Under the pieces are notes generated by a model. That model searched no databases and was not told the DNA's origin. It saw only the letters and a list, made by a program, of their open reading frames with translations. Positions 45,195 through 56,602 of a stretch of 64,000 bases of DNA are shown here, piece by piece. The DNA lies in the IMG/VR virus record IMGVR_UViG_3300043444_000183, positions 52 to 64,051 of that record; one strand, given 5' to 3'. Position numbers and translations under genes: made by a program. This DNA is from a virus. Taxonomy: Duplodnaviria > Caudoviricetes. The stretch's first letter is position 1. The number at the start of each line of letters is the position of its first letter.

Positions 45195-47617
45195 TGGATA
45201 AACCATCAGTTGTTATCTCTGCACTACCTTTCCCGGACCAAATGGCTCCAGACGAGGTTAAGGCTACATATGAATATGGTCTAAAGGTAGGTAAAGCCAT
45301 CGAAGGAGAGTGGTTTAAGAGGAAATCAAACTCAAGTAGATTTTATCAACAGTGGGGTGAATTCCACCGTTTGAGACTATACGCTCGTGGAGAGCAACCA
45401 GTACAAAAGTATAAAGATGAGCTTGCCGTCAATGGTGACATATCTATGCTCAACCTAGACTGGACTCCTGTTCCTATCATCCCTAAGTTTGTTGACGTTG
45501 TCGTAAACGGAATGATAGACCGACCATATACTGTAAAAGCTGAAGCCCAAGATGTAATGTCTGCCGAGAAGAAGAATATCTTCCAGGATATGATCGAAGC
45601 TGATATGGTTGCTAAGGACTTCCTTACACTTACACAGGAGCAGTTTGGTATTGATGCGTTTAACGTTAATCCAGATGAACTTCCTGCTAATGATCAGGAG
45701 CTATCATTGTACATGCAGATGAACTATAAGCCATCTGTAGAGATTGCTGAAGAGATTGCTATTGACACTGTCATGAAAATGAATGAGTACGAAGACACAC
45801 TTCGTCTCTACTATTATGACGTGGCTACTCTTGGCCTTGGTGTTGTCAAGCATGAATTCTTAATTAATGATGGAGTAAAGGTCGAGTATGTAGATCCAGC
45901 TAACTGGATTCATAGTTATACAGAAAAGAATGACTTCTCAGATTGTTTTTATTTTGGTGAGGTTAAGCAGGTGCATTACACTGAGCTTCTAAAAATGAAT
46001 CCAAATCTAACAGATGAGGAGCTTACTGAAATTAAGAACGCCGGATCAGCATGGTATGACTACTTCCCTGTAGTTAGAAACTACCAAGATGATGCATTCT
46101 TGAATGAGGTTGTAACGTTATTGTATTTTAATTACAAGACACACAAGAAGTTTGTTTGGAAGAAGAAGATTCTTGAGAACGGCGGTGAGCGAGTTATTCG
46201 TAAAGAAGATACGTTCATGGCTCCAAACGGTGAATACTTTGAGGTAATTGAAGCAGTTCGCGACGTTTGGTATGAAGGTGTTCTTGTTGGTGGATCAAAC
46301 ATAATGATCAAGTGGGAGATGATGAAGAACATGGTTCGTCCTAAGTCTGCATCACAGCGCGCACTTCCAAACTACATTGCTTACGCTCCACGTTACTATA
46401 AAGGAAACATTGAGTCGTTAGTTCGACGCATGATTCCATTTGCTGATCAGATTCAGTTGACGCACTTGAAGCTGCAGCAAGTTATGGCTCGCATTGTTCC
46501 TGATGGTGTATTTATCGATGCCGATGGTATTAATGAAGTTGACCTAGGTACAGGTGCAGCATACAATCCTGAGGACGCGCTCAATCTATACTTCCAAACG
46601 GGTAGTGTGATTGGCCGATCTTATACTACAGAGGGTGAGTTCAATAACGCTCGCATTCCTATCCAAGAGTTAAATACAAATAGTGGTCAGGCTAAAATGG
46701 CTGCCCTTATCGGTAACTACAACCACTACTTAAATATGATCCGCGATGTGACGGGTGTAAATGAGGTGCGTGATGCATCTACACCACATCCAGATGCATT
46801 GGTTGGTGTTCAAAAACTTGCGGCACTAAACTCAAACACAGCCACTCGCCACATCTTAGATGCTGGTATTATCACAACTAGACGTGTAGCTGAGTGTATT
46901 TCTATACGTATTGCAGACATCTTAGAGTATTCTGACTTTGCTGAAGAGTTCGCTATGCAGATTGGTAAGTATAACCTATCGATCTTACAGGACGTTAATG
47001 AGTTATACCTACATGACTTTGGTATCTTTATTGAGGTAGCTCCAGATGAAGAGCAAAAAGCTCAGCTTGAGCAAAACATTCAAATGGCACTACAGCAGCA
47101 AACGATTGATCTTGAGGATGCAATTGATATCCGTATGATCAACAATGTTAAGCTTGCTAATGAGATGCTTAAGATGAAGCGTCGTAAGCGAATGGAGCAA
47201 AAGCAGAAAGAGAAGGAGATGGAGTTCCAAATGCAGATGCAGACAAACATCCAATCTTCTCAAGCAGCTTCTGAAGCCAAGGCACAGATCATTCAATTGG
47301 AAGGTCAAACCAAAGCACAGATCAAGCAGATGGAAGTTCAAGGCGACATTCAAAAGATGCAAGCCGAGGCTGAGCTCAAGAAAGAGTTGATGGCTATTGA
47401 GTTCCAATATAACATGCAGCTTAGTGGTATGCAGATGCAAACATTGAAAGATCGTGAGTCTGAGAAAGAGAAAGCCAAAGATAAACGAGTAGACCTACAG
47501 GCAACTCGTCAATCTGAACTTATTAACCAACGACAAAACAACCTACCTCCACAAAACTTTGAGAGTACTGAGGATTCCCTTGATGGCTTTGATTTAGAGT
47601 CATTCGGGCCTAAATAA
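45194..47617 (+). CDS. Portal protein
   Basis: Follows terL; YARGEQ, PIIPKFVD, IRDVTGVNE; Q/M-rich C-terminal barrel. Confidence 0.88.
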   Translation: MDKPSVVISALPFPDQMAPDEVKATYEYGLKVGKAIEGEWFKRKSNSSRFYQQWGEFHRLRLYARGEQPVQKYKDELAVNGDISMLNLDWTPVPIIPKFVDVVVNGMIDRPYTVKAEAQDVMSAEKKNIFQDMIEADMVAKDFLTLTQEQFGIDAFNVNPDELPANDQELSLYMQMNYKPSVEIAEEIAIDTVMKMNEYEDTLRLYYYDVATLGLGVVKHEFLINDGVKVEYVDPANWIHSYTEKNDFSDCFYFGEVKQVHYTELLKMNPNLTDEELTEIKNAGSAWYDYFPVVRNYQDDAFLNEVVTLLYFNYKTHKKFVWKKKILENGGERVIRKEDTFMAPNGEYFEVIEAVRDVWYEGVLVGGSNIMIKWEMMKNMVRPKSASQRALPNYIAYAPRYYKGNIESLVRRMIPFADQIQLTHLKLQQVMARIVPDGVFIDADGINEVDLGTGAAYNPEDALNLYFQTGSVIGRSYTTEGEFNNARIPIQELNTNSGQAKMAALIGNYNHYLNMIRDVTGVNEVRDASTPHPDALVGVQKLAALNSNTATRHILDAGIITTRRVAECISIRIADILEYSDFAEEFAMQIGKYNLSILQDVNELYLHDFGIFIEVAPDEEQKAQLEQNIQMALQQQTIDLEDAIDIRMINNVKLANEMLKMKRRKRMEQKQKEKEMEFQMQMQTNIQSSQAASEAKAQIIQLEGQTKAQIKQMEVQGDIQKMQAEAELKKELMAIEFQYNMQLSGMQMQTLKDRESEKEKAKDKRVDLQATRQSELINQRQNNLPPQNFESTEDSLDGFDLESFGPK

Positions 47618-47649
47618 ATATTTATTAACTTTGTTGAAAATTAAATTAA

Positions 47650-48759
47650 ATGGAAGGTGAATTTAAAGTGAGAGCTGTAGATTTCGAGGAGAAGTCTGTG
47701 GCCGAAAAAGAAGCTGAGCTTCTAGAAGGTTTAGAAGATCATACTGGCGATCAAGACACAGTAAAGATTGACTTAACTGAAGAGCAGCCAGTAGCAGATC
47801 CAATTCAACCAGTAGAGGTTGATTTAGATGATAATAAAGTTCTTTCATATCTTGGTAAAAGATGGAACAAGGAGATTACATCTTTGGATGAATTAGTTCA
47901 AGAGCGCGAACAAGCTGAAGAACTACCTGAAGATGTATCTGCGTTCCTAAAATACAAAAGAGAAACAGGACGTGGCATTGAAGACTTCATGAAGTTGAAT
48001 GTCGACTACAATGCCATGGATGAAGACTCTCTACTTTATCAATACGCTAAAGAACAAAACCCAGGGCTAGATGCTGATGAGGTTAAGTTCGAGTTAGAAA
48101 CCAAGTTTTCATATGATGAAGACTTCGATGATGACAAGCATATTAAGAAGGTAAAGCTAGAGAGAAAAAAAGAGCTCAATAAGGCTCGTGAGTATTTTAA
48201 TAAGCTTAAAGAACAGTACAAGGCGCCGCTTGAGTCAAGGGATGCCTTTGTTCCGCAAGAAGAAAAGGAAGCTTACGAATCTTATAAGCAATATAAACAA
48301 ACCGCGACTAGCGAGCAAGAGGAGCAACAAAAGCGGTCTAAGTATTTCGCCGATAAGACGAATGAATTATTCTCTGATAAGTTTGAAGGTTTCAAATTTA
48401 ATATTGACGAGAATAAGGCAGTAACGTTCAAGCCAGCAGATGCAAAGACACTTCTTAACGAGCAGTCTTCATTAGGTAACTTTGTAAATAAGTTCTTAAA
48501 CGAAGATGGCTACTTAAAGGATGCTGAGACGTTCCATCGAGCAATAGCGATTGCTTCGAATCCCGAAAAGTTTGCAAAGTTCTTCTATGAGAAGGGTATG
48601 ACAGAAGCTGTTGAGACAGTTTCTAAAGAGTCTAAAAATATTGACATGACTCGTCAAGCCACTCAGGTGACTAATAAAACTGAAGGTACATTCCAAGTAA
48701 GAGCCGTAGAGTCTGGTTTCGGTAACAGATTAGTTATTAAACAAAAACCTAAAAATTAG
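47650..48759 (+). CDS. Scaffolding protein
   Basis: Acidic and helical, between portal and capsid; TAACTTTG box at 47626. Confidence 0.7.
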   Translation: MEGEFKVRAVDFEEKSVAEKEAELLEGLEDHTGDQDTVKIDLTEEQPVADPIQPVEVDLDDNKVLSYLGKRWNKEITSLDELVQEREQAEELPEDVSAFLKYKRETGRGIEDFMKLNVDYNAMDEDSLLYQYAKEQNPGLDADEVKFELETKFSYDEDFDDDKHIKKVKLERKKELNKAREYFNKLKEQYKAPLESRDAFVPQEEKEAYESYKQYKQTATSEQEEQQKRSKYFADKTNELFSDKFEGFKFNIDENKAVTFKPADAKTLLNEQSSLGNFVNKFLNEDGYLKDAETFHRAIAIASNPEKFAKFFYEKGMTEAVETVSKESKNIDMTRQATQVTNKTEGTFQVRAVESGFGNRLVIKQKPKN

Positions 48760-48764
48760 AAAAA

Positions 48765-50189
48765 ATGGCTGGTACATTACAGGCGTCTCCGGGTGTAAAT
48801 TTAACCCCAAGCGCAGTCAAGGCAACATTGCCTACAAACTACATCACTAACTTCGATTTCTTGAATCAGTATCTTCCTGATACTTATGAGCAAGAATTCG
48901 AGCGCTATGGTAACCGTTCAATCGCATCTTTCTTGCGTATGGTTGGTGCCGAGCTTCCTACTAACTCTGACCTCATCAAATGGGCAGAACAAGGTCGTCT
49001 TCACACAAAGTACACGGCAGTTACTGCTGTTGGCGCTGCAGGTGGTGATGATACTGCTACTTTTGATATCGGTACAGGAACTTGTGTTTTCCGTATTGGT
49101 CAAACAGTTTTCCTTTCAAACAATGCATCTTCTACATCTTCTTACAAAGCTGTAGTAACTGCTCTTCCTGCTGCTGACCGTTTCACTGTTGCTTTCTACA
49201 ATGCTTCTGGTATTGCTGCTGGTGACACTGGTGCTACATTCACTGCATTTGTTTATGGTTCTGAATTCCAAAAAGGTACTAGCGGTATGCAAGGATCTTT
49301 GGAAGCACAAGATTTGTTCTTCGACAACAAGCCAATTATCATCAAAGACAAGTACACTGTTGCTGGTTCTGACATGGCTCAAATTGGTTGGGTTGAAGTA
49401 ACAACTGAGAATGGTGCTACTGGATACTACTGGTACATGAAGTCTGAGCACGAAACTCGTTTGCGTTACGAAGACTATCTTGAAATGTCAATGGTAGAAG
49501 GTGTTCCTGCTGAGGTTAACTCAGGTGCAGCTGCTGCATTAGGTAATGCTGCATATCCTGCAGGATCTACAATTCCTTACAACGCTGGTACTCAAGGTAT
49601 GTTTGCTGCTATTGAATCTCGTGGTAACGTTTGGGCAGGTGGTAACCCATCTTCTTTAGGTGACTTCGATACAATCGTACAACGTCTTGACAAGCAAGGT
49701 GCTATCGCTGAGAACGTATTGTTCTTGAACCGTCAGTTCTCTTTTGACATCGACGATATGTTGGCTGCTCAAAACTCTTACGGTGCTGGTGGTACTTCTT
49801 ACGGTTTGTTTGACAACAGCGAGCAAATGGCTCTTAACCTTGGTTTCTCTGGATTCCGTCGTGGTTATGAGTTCTACAAGACTGATTGGAAATACCTTAA
49901 CGATGCTACTCTTCGCGGTGGTCTTGTTGGTGGTGCTATCAACGGTGTTTTAGTTCCTGCTGGTACAATGAGCGTTTACGATCAAGTACTTGGTAAAAAT
50001 GCTAAGCGTCCATTCCTTCACGTTCGTTACCGCGCTTCTGAAGCTGAAAACCGTCGTTACAAAACTTGGATGACTGGTTCAGCTGGTGGTGCACAAACTA
50101 GCGACCTTGATGCTATGGAAGTCAACTTCTTGTCAGAGCGTGCGCTTTGTACAATGGGTGCTAACAACTTCTTCATCTTCAAAGGATAA
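48765..50189 (+). CDS. Major capsid protein
   Basis: Position, strong codon bias, WAEQGRLH, LSERALC..GANNF; followed by a terminator. Confidence 0.88.
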   Translation: MAGTLQASPGVNLTPSAVKATLPTNYITNFDFLNQYLPDTYEQEFERYGNRSIASFLRMVGAELPTNSDLIKWAEQGRLHTKYTAVTAVGAAGGDDTATFDIGTGTCVFRIGQTVFLSNNASSTSSYKAVVTALPAADRFTVAFYNASGIAAGDTGATFTAFVYGSEFQKGTSGMQGSLEAQDLFFDNKPIIIKDKYTVAGSDMAQIGWVEVTTENGATGYYWYMKSEHETRLRYEDYLEMSMVEGVPAEVNSGAAAALGNAAYPAGSTIPYNAGTQGMFAAIESRGNVWAGGNPSSLGDFDTIVQRLDKQGAIAENVLFLNRQFSFDIDDMLAAQNSYGAGGTSYGLFDNSEQMALNLGFSGFRRGYEFYKTDWKYLNDATLRGGLVGGAINGVLVPAGTMSVYDQVLGKNAKRPFLHVRYRASEAENRRYKTWMTGSAGGAQTSDLDAMEVNFLSERALCTMGANNFFIFKG

Positions 50190-50204
50190 GAACACCAATA
50201 ATAC

Positions 50205-50235
50205 GAGAGGGGTTACGGCCCCTCTCTATTTTTTT
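50205..50235 (+). terminator. Intrinsic terminator
   Basis: GAGAGGGG..CCCCTCTC + T-tract. Confidence 0.85.
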
Positions 50236-50255
50236 AATAATTTAAATTATATCAA

Positions 50256-51014
50256 ATGAACAGAGTAAAACTAGAGGCGAAAGATCGCACCTATCTATTA
50301 AAGATTGACAATGCTCCATTGAGCTATTTTATTGCGCATAAAGACACTCCGCGCAAACGTCTTCTTTACTACAATGAAGAGACAAATACAAACCACCCAC
50401 TTCGCTATGCGCGAAATTCAAATTCACCATTTCAAGACGAACAAGATGCCAATGTTATTGTTGAGCCTATTGTATTTGAAGATGGCGTATTAAATGTTCC
50501 AAAAAACAATCCTGTACTTCAAGAGTTCTTACATTATCATCCAGGTAATGGTTCTGAATTTTATGAATTTGACTCAGAAAAAGATGCTCAAGAAGATGTT
50601 GAGGAATTATTCTCAGAAATTGATGCATTGCTATTAGCTCGTGATTTAGCAGACAAAGACATTAATACATTAGAAGCAGTCGCTAGATTGGTTTTAAAAG
50701 GTAATGTAGATAAGATGAGTTCTGCTGAGATCAAGAGAGATATGATGTTATTCGCTAAGAGATACCCTCAAGACTTCATGGAAGCAGCATCTGACCCAAT
50801 GCTTAAGATCAACAACTTTGCAGCTCGCGCATTTACGGCAGGATATTTAACATTCAGAGGAAACAAAGACATCCATTATAACTTCAAGGACAATAAGAAG
50901 CGTCTAATGACCGTTCCTTTTGGTCACGACCATATCCATGCATTGGCTTCTCATTTACAGTCTGATGAAGGGTTAGAGCTATACAAGTATCTAGAAGATA
51001 AGTTTTCAGAGTAG
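50256..51014 (+). CDS. Conserved hypothetical protein
   Basis: LRYARN..SPF.DEQ; own terminator. Confidence 0.8.
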   Translation: MNRVKLEAKDRTYLLKIDNAPLSYFIAHKDTPRKRLLYYNEETNTNHPLRYARNSNSPFQDEQDANVIVEPIVFEDGVLNVPKNNPVLQEFLHYHPGNGSEFYEFDSEKDAQEDVEELFSEIDALLLARDLADKDINTLEAVARLVLKGNVDKMSSAEIKRDMMLFAKRYPQDFMEAASDPMLKINNFAARAFTAGYLTFRGNKDIHYNFKDNKKRLMTVPFGHDHIHALASHLQSDEGLELYKYLEDKFSE

Positions 51015-51038
51015 CTTAATCATTAGTAAACTACTACT

Positions 51039-51070
51039 AAAAGGGCACTTCTAATGGAGTGCCTTTTTTT
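51039..51070 (+). terminator. Intrinsic terminator
   Basis: AAAAGGGCACTTC-TAAT-GGAGTGCCTTTT-TTT. Confidence 0.85.
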
Positions 51071-51096
51071 ATTTATCTTTGTACAAAAGCAGTCAG

Positions 51097-51816
51097 ATGA
51101 TCAATGACGTTCGAAATACCGTCCTATCAATAATTAGCAAAGACAACCGTGGCTTCATTACGCCATTTGAGTTTAACTTGTTTGCAAAGCAGGCACAGCT
51201 TGAGATTTTCGGGCAGTATATGTATAATTACAGCAATGCAATCAACAAGCAAAATGCTCGCATGCATGGTGAGGGGTATACTGACATACCTAAAAACATG
51301 GCTGAGGTGATTGATACTTTTTCTGTATTTACATCGGCAACATATAATGGTGCTACTAATAAGTTTAATTTTCCGGTAGATCCATTAACTAATATTGAAA
51401 ACTATTTCTTCTTAGAGAAGCTTGTTTACAATAACTCAACAGAGATTGAGAAGGTTAGCCATAGAAAGATATTGAATCTAGTAAATTCAAACCTTACGGC
51501 TCCAACGACAAAATACCCTGTATACACAATGGATCAAAATGGTTTATTGGTTTATCCTACGACTATTACATCTAACGTCACTATACAGTATTTAAGATAC
51601 CCAAAAGATCCAAATTGGACCTATTCAACAACTCCACTTGGTGATCCTTTATTCAATCCTGGAGCTGCTACATACCAAGACTTTGAGTTGCCGTTAGATG
51701 ACTTTGCAAATTTAGTTATCAAGATACTAGAGTATTCTGGCATATCAATCAGAGAGCAGGACGTTGTATCTGCTGCTAAAGCTGAAGAAGTACAAGACAT
51801 TCAACAGAAACAATAA
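51097..51816 (+). CDS. Tail adaptor/ring protein
   Basis: K.NRGFITP.EFNLFAKQAQLEIF, YLRYPKDPNW; start MINDVR. Confidence 0.65.
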   Translation: MINDVRNTVLSIISKDNRGFITPFEFNLFAKQAQLEIFGQYMYNYSNAINKQNARMHGEGYTDIPKNMAEVIDTFSVFTSATYNGATNKFNFPVDPLTNIENYFFLEKLVYNNSTEIEKVSHRKILNLVNSNLTAPTTKYPVYTMDQNGLLVYPTTITSNVTIQYLRYPKDPNWTYSTTPLGDPLFNPGAATYQDFELPLDDFANLVIKILEYSGISIREQDVVSAAKAEEVQDIQQKQ

Positions 51817-52724
51817 TGGCATATATAACTAATTATCAGTACTATACCAACAATGGTAATGTCCCTGAAGATGCAAACTGGGGATCTTATCAATATGTTA
51901 CGCTTGACTATATGGTCAACAACTTCATATTAAATTATGTTGGGAATGATAAGTTGATTAACAATGTAGATCGATATACCATTCTATTTCACGCAAAGAG
52001 AGCCATTCAAGAGTTAAACTATGACGCACTCAGAAACATCAAGGTTCTTGAGTTTGAGTTGGGTGATCAGCTTAAGTTGGTATTGCCTCCTGACTACGTT
52101 AACTACGTTCGTATCTCAATGCTTAGAGGTGGTGTATTATATCCACTTACAGAGGCTAGACAAAGTATTACAGCTACAGCATACCTTCAAGATAATAACG
52201 GTCAGGTTATATTTGACTCGAATGGAGAGGTAGTTATTGGCGAGTCAAGACTAGATATTTTACGCCAAGAAAACAAGTTATATGTAGGTCCTGGCGCATA
52301 CTACAACCAATGGGGTTGGGAGTATGACGGGGAGTGGTATTTTGGATACCCAGTTGCACAGAACTTTGGATTAAACACAGCTGACGCAAATATCAATCCC
52401 AAATACTACATCAACAAAGCAGCCGGTGTAATTGACTTTACATCAGGCGTAGAGAACTCTTATATTGTACTTGAGTATATATCAGATGGCATGGAGAACG
52501 GAGATACAAGCGCTATCTCTATCAATAAATTAGCAGAAGAATATATCTATGCTTACTTGAAGTGGGCCTTACTCACCAATAAGTTTGGCATCCAAGAGTA
52601 TATTGTTAGCAGGGTAAAGAAAGAAAAAACAGCTGCCCTTAGAAATACCAAAATCAGATTGAGCAACATGCACCCAGGCCGATTGTTAATGGCAATGAGA
52701 GGCAAGGATAAATGGATTAAGTAA
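51816..52724 (+). CDS. Tail ring/structural protein
   Basis: FHAKRAIQELNYD, LPPDYVNYV, LEYISDG. Confidence 0.65.
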   Translation: MAYITNYQYYTNNGNVPEDANWGSYQYVTLDYMVNNFILNYVGNDKLINNVDRYTILFHAKRAIQELNYDALRNIKVLEFELGDQLKLVLPPDYVNYVRISMLRGGVLYPLTEARQSITATAYLQDNNGQVIFDSNGEVVIGESRLDILRQENKLYVGPGAYYNQWGWEYDGEWYFGYPVAQNFGLNTADANINPKYYINKAAGVIDFTSGVENSYIVLEYISDGMENGDTSAISINKLAEEYIYAYLKWALLTNKFGIQEYIVSRVKKEKTAALRNTKIRLSNMHPGRLLMAMRGKDKWIK

Positions 52725-52726
52725 TT

Positions 52727-55700
52727 ATGGCTGACCTACAAAGAACATTTCTTGCCGGGAGAATGAATAAAGACCTCGATGAGAGGTTAGTTCCTGATGG
52801 AGAATACCGTGATGCGGTAAACATTACTATTGATACATCTGAGGGATCAAATATTGGAGCTGTTCAGAATGCACTTGGTAATACAGTAACAACAAGTATA
52901 AATACCATACTGTCTCAATATCAAATATCCGGAGCTGTAAATGCAGTTACGATTGGGGCTTTAGCATATGAGCCTTCTAATTTAATATATTGGTTTGTAA
53001 AAGCAGACAACTTTGAGGGTATATTTGAATACAATCAGATTACTAATGCATCAGTGTTAGTGCTTGGATGTCAAATACCAAACTCTAATGGAGTTAGATT
53101 GAATTTTGACGCTAATTACCTAATCACTGGTGTTAACTATATCACTGATGGAATGGGTGGTGGATTCCTTATCTGGAATGATAACTTAAACCCACCTAGA
53201 AAAATCAACATTAATAGATGTAAGACATATAGCATTAATGATCCTAGAATTAATGATGACATCAATTTAATTGTCGCTCCTCCACTTAATTCACCTTTTA
53301 TATCATTAAGCACACTTCAGTCTGCAACATTAGATCCAAATAATATTGAAGATAAGTTTATTTACTTCAGCTACCGATATAAATATTTGGATAACGAGTA
53401 CTCATCGATGTCTCCATTTTCAGCTACAGCATTTAATCCGAAGGCTTTAAATATTGACATAGAGACAGGCGAGAACAAAGGAATGCTCAACAAATTCAAT
53501 CAAGTTGAAGTTAGTTTTGAAACTGGTAATGAGTTTGTTACAGAAATTCAACTATTGGTTTGGGAGTCTAGAACTCTTAACGTAAAAATTGTTGAGACGT
53601 TAAATAAAGAAGAACTAGGCATACAAGATAATTCTACGTATAGCTTCTTCTTTATGAATAACAAAACATACGCAGCTCTTCCTTCAGATCAAGTAACTAG
53701 ATTATTTGACAACGTACCTCTTAAAGCTTTAGCTCAAGATGTTATTGGAAGTAGATTGGTTATGGGTAATTATACTCAATTCAGAGACTTAATAGGATAC
53801 AGCACAAATGATTTTATAGATGTCAATTATACTGTAGATTATATATCTGAGCCTGTTACATCGCTTCCTAAACAAACCTGGAGAAGTGATCGTGACTATG
53901 AGATTGGTATTGCATACTTAGATGACTATGGTCGAATGACCACTGTATTAACATCTGTTGATGGTACATCCACTAGTTCAATATCAGGTAATAATCAGTC
54001 AAACTCTGTATACATATCACCTGATAACTCAAGCACTGCTAATTCATTAGTAGTCAATATAAAGAATGAGGCTCCTATATGGGCAACTGGGTATAGGTTA
54101 TTTGTTAAGCAGTCAAAGACTGAGTACTATAACTTATTTCCTGTAACGTTCTTAAAGAGTGGTAATTACAGATATTTCTTAATCAATGAAGCTGATAGGG
54201 ATAAGATAAAAGTAAATGGATATATCGTATTCAAATCATATGGTTCAGGACCAACGAACTCAAACAAAAAATTCAAAGTTTTAGAGCTTGAATATAAGCC
54301 AGTTGGTTTTATAGCTGGCGCCTTAGAGGGTTTATACTTTAAAATTAAGGCTGATGCTTCAGATACTTTTTTAAATGTTAGCTCACAACAGATTTTTAAT
54401 TTTAATGGCTCAGGAAGGGGTTTAAGAACACCTGTATTCAACAGATCGCAACATGTTGATACAGCTTACTATAGTTATACTGGAGATAATACAATAACCC
54501 CAACTGCTCAAGATGTAACAGCTTCAGCAATTTCAACCTCTGATTTTAGGATTAATGTTGAAATACTTGCAAATGATGAGTTCAGATGGACTTCAAATTT
54601 AGCATTATCATCGTGGTCTGCTAATATACCAATTCCATTTGGAGGTAGTTACACATCTACATCAACCGTTCTTAGCATGGTGTTAAATTTTGCTAACACA
54701 TCATATAATGTTGGAGATAGATGGGTTTTTAATATTAGAGGATACGGCAACTTAGCTGGAACACCTAGCTATCCTTATGTTGGGTATGGATTAGGTACAT
54801 CTATTAATACTTCTTATGGTGGAGGATCTATACTTAAGGGACCTGGAGCTATATTTCCAGGATCTGTTATAGAATTAGAGGTTTTATTTGACTCTGATCC
54901 TCAGAACCCAACAGGTGCTACAGGTACTCAATCTTTCACTTCTAATAGTTATTACAAAAACTTAGAGGAGTGGTTTTATGAATCTGGTGCATATGCCACT
55001 TATATACAATATAATCCATTAGGCACAAACATTGGATCACGTGGCGTTACATTTAGATATGGAACAAACTATCAAAATACTGGCAACCCTGTAAGTAATC
55101 AAATAGATCAGTCCAACGTTGGAGGTGATATTTATATGATTATACAAGGTTTTAATGATGGATCTAATTCTAGTCTAAATGAAATTAAAACTAGATTAAA
55201 GGTGACGCAGACACCTATGGGTGGCAAATTAAATGCTGAAACAGTACCAGCAAATGACGATGTGGATATCTACTATGAAATGAGTAGAACATATTCTATT
55301 GAGGCAGGTAATCACATGGTATTATGGAAGTATGATATATCTACAATTGCAGCCAATACTACGTTAATACAAAACGGAAACAAACAACCACATTATTTTG
55401 ATGTAGGTCAATCTGTTTATATTACTGCATCAAATATACCTCCAGCTTATTATACAATTGTTGCTACACCAAGCAGATACGCTATAACGATTAATCATGC
55501 TGCAGGTTCTTCAGCTCCTGGTTCGGTATCAAATAGTGATATTGAGAAAGACCAATCAGGTACTTTAAATCAGGCAGTTATTAAATTAAATAACACAGAT
55601 AACAAGAATTCAGACTACAATGCATACTGCTATGGCAATGGCGTTGAATCTAATAGAATTCTTGATGGATTTAATCAGCCGTGGTTAAAGTATAGTTTAA

Positions 55701-56602
55701 GAGCTAGTGGCGTTATTGAAGACTATGAACAACAAGTCAAAGACGCATCACTCACCTATAGTGGTCTCTATAGATGGGATTCATCAATAAATAGACTCAA
55801 TGAGTTTAACCTATCTACAGCAAACTTTAAAAACTTAGATAAGAACTTTGGGTCTGTTCAGAAACTATATGCTAGAACTACTGACTTAGTTGTACTGCAT
55901 CAGGATAAGATTACATCAGTTTTGTATGGTAAAAACTTATTGGTTGATGCTGTTGGTGGTGGATCAGTTGCTTCGGTTCCTGAAGTACTTGGAACTCAGA
56001 TTGCTCTACCTTATGAGTTTGGTATATCATCAAATCCTGAAAGCTTTGCTACTTGGGGTAGCAAGATATACTTCTCTGATGCTAGAAGAGGTGCTGTGCT
56101 TGAAATGCAAGGTGATCAAGTAATGGAGATATCTAGAATGGGTATGTCTGACTACTTTAGAGACTTGATGATTAGCACACCAAATACAGCTAAGCTTGGG
56201 GCTTATGACCCATACAATCAAAACTATGTATTTTCATCTACAACTAGAAGAAATACACCTTGCGATATAACCATCAATCCAACTGCAGATAGTTTCCCGT
56301 ATAATACTGCAGGTGGGCTTGAGTATTTATTTGCTTTATCTGGAACTACAAGTTGGTCTATTACTGTAATCAATAATGGTTTTGGAACCAACTGGGTTGA
56401 ATTACCTCCATATTGCCAATCAGGTGTTGGGTCTCAAGATATATACGCAAGAATCCAAAATAATACTACACTTGCCCAAAGAAGCGTGGTATTTAGAGTT
56501 GCTTATTGTAGTACATATGTGGATTATACACTTACACAAGGACGTGGACCTAGAACAGATTTTAATATTATAACGTTAGGTAAAGATGAGTTCAAAAACT
56601 AA
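52727..56602 (+). CDS. Tail nozzle/stabilization protein, main part
   Basis: GRMNKDLDERLVP.GEYRDA.N, YLDDYGR, GISSNPESFA, GAYDPY; C-terminal BACON-like domain. Confidence 0.75.
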   Translation: MADLQRTFLAGRMNKDLDERLVPDGEYRDAVNITIDTSEGSNIGAVQNALGNTVTTSINTILSQYQISGAVNAVTIGALAYEPSNLIYWFVKADNFEGIFEYNQITNASVLVLGCQIPNSNGVRLNFDANYLITGVNYITDGMGGGFLIWNDNLNPPRKININRCKTYSINDPRINDDINLIVAPPLNSPFISLSTLQSATLDPNNIEDKFIYFSYRYKYLDNEYSSMSPFSATAFNPKALNIDIETGENKGMLNKFNQVEVSFETGNEFVTEIQLLVWESRTLNVKIVETLNKEELGIQDNSTYSFFFMNNKTYAALPSDQVTRLFDNVPLKALAQDVIGSRLVMGNYTQFRDLIGYSTNDFIDVNYTVDYISEPVTSLPKQTWRSDRDYEIGIAYLDDYGRMTTVLTSVDGTSTSSISGNNQSNSVYISPDNSSTANSLVVNIKNEAPIWATGYRLFVKQSKTEYYNLFPVTFLKSGNYRYFLINEADRDKIKVNGYIVFKSYGSGPTNSNKKFKVLELEYKPVGFIAGALEGLYFKIKADASDTFLNVSSQQIFNFNGSGRGLRTPVFNRSQHVDTAYYSYTGDNTITPTAQDVTASAISTSDFRINVEILANDEFRWTSNLALSSWSANIPIPFGGSYTSTSTVLSMVLNFANTSYNVGDRWVFNIRGYGNLAGTPSYPYVGYGLGTSINTSYGGGSILKGPGAIFPGSVIELEVLFDSDPQNPTGATGTQSFTSNSYYKNLEEWFYESGAYATYIQYNPLGTNIGSRGVTFRYGTNYQNTGNPVSNQIDQSNVGGDIYMIIQGFNDGSNSSLNEIKTRLKVTQTPMGGKLNAETVPANDDVDIYYEMSRTYSIEAGNHMVLWKYDISTIAANTTLIQNGNKQPHYFDVGQSVYITASNIPPAYYTIVATPSRYAITINHAAGSSAPGSVSNSDIEKDQSGTLNQAVIKLNNTDNKNSDYNAYCYGNGVESNRILDGFNQPWLKYSLRASGVIEDYEQQVKDASLTYSGLYRWDSSINRLNEFNLSTANFKNLDKNFGSVQKLYARTTDLVVLHQDKITSVLYGKNLLVDAVGGGSVASVPEVLGTQIALPYEFGISSNPESFATWGSKIYFSDARRGAVLEMQGDQVMEISRMGMSDYFRDLMISTPNTAKLGAYDPYNQNYVFSSTTRRNTPCDITINPTADSFPYNTAGGLEYLFALSGTTSWSITVINNGFGTNWVELPPYCQSGVGSQDIYARIQNNTTLAQRSVVFRVAYCSTYVDYTLTQGRGPRTDFNIITLGKDEFKN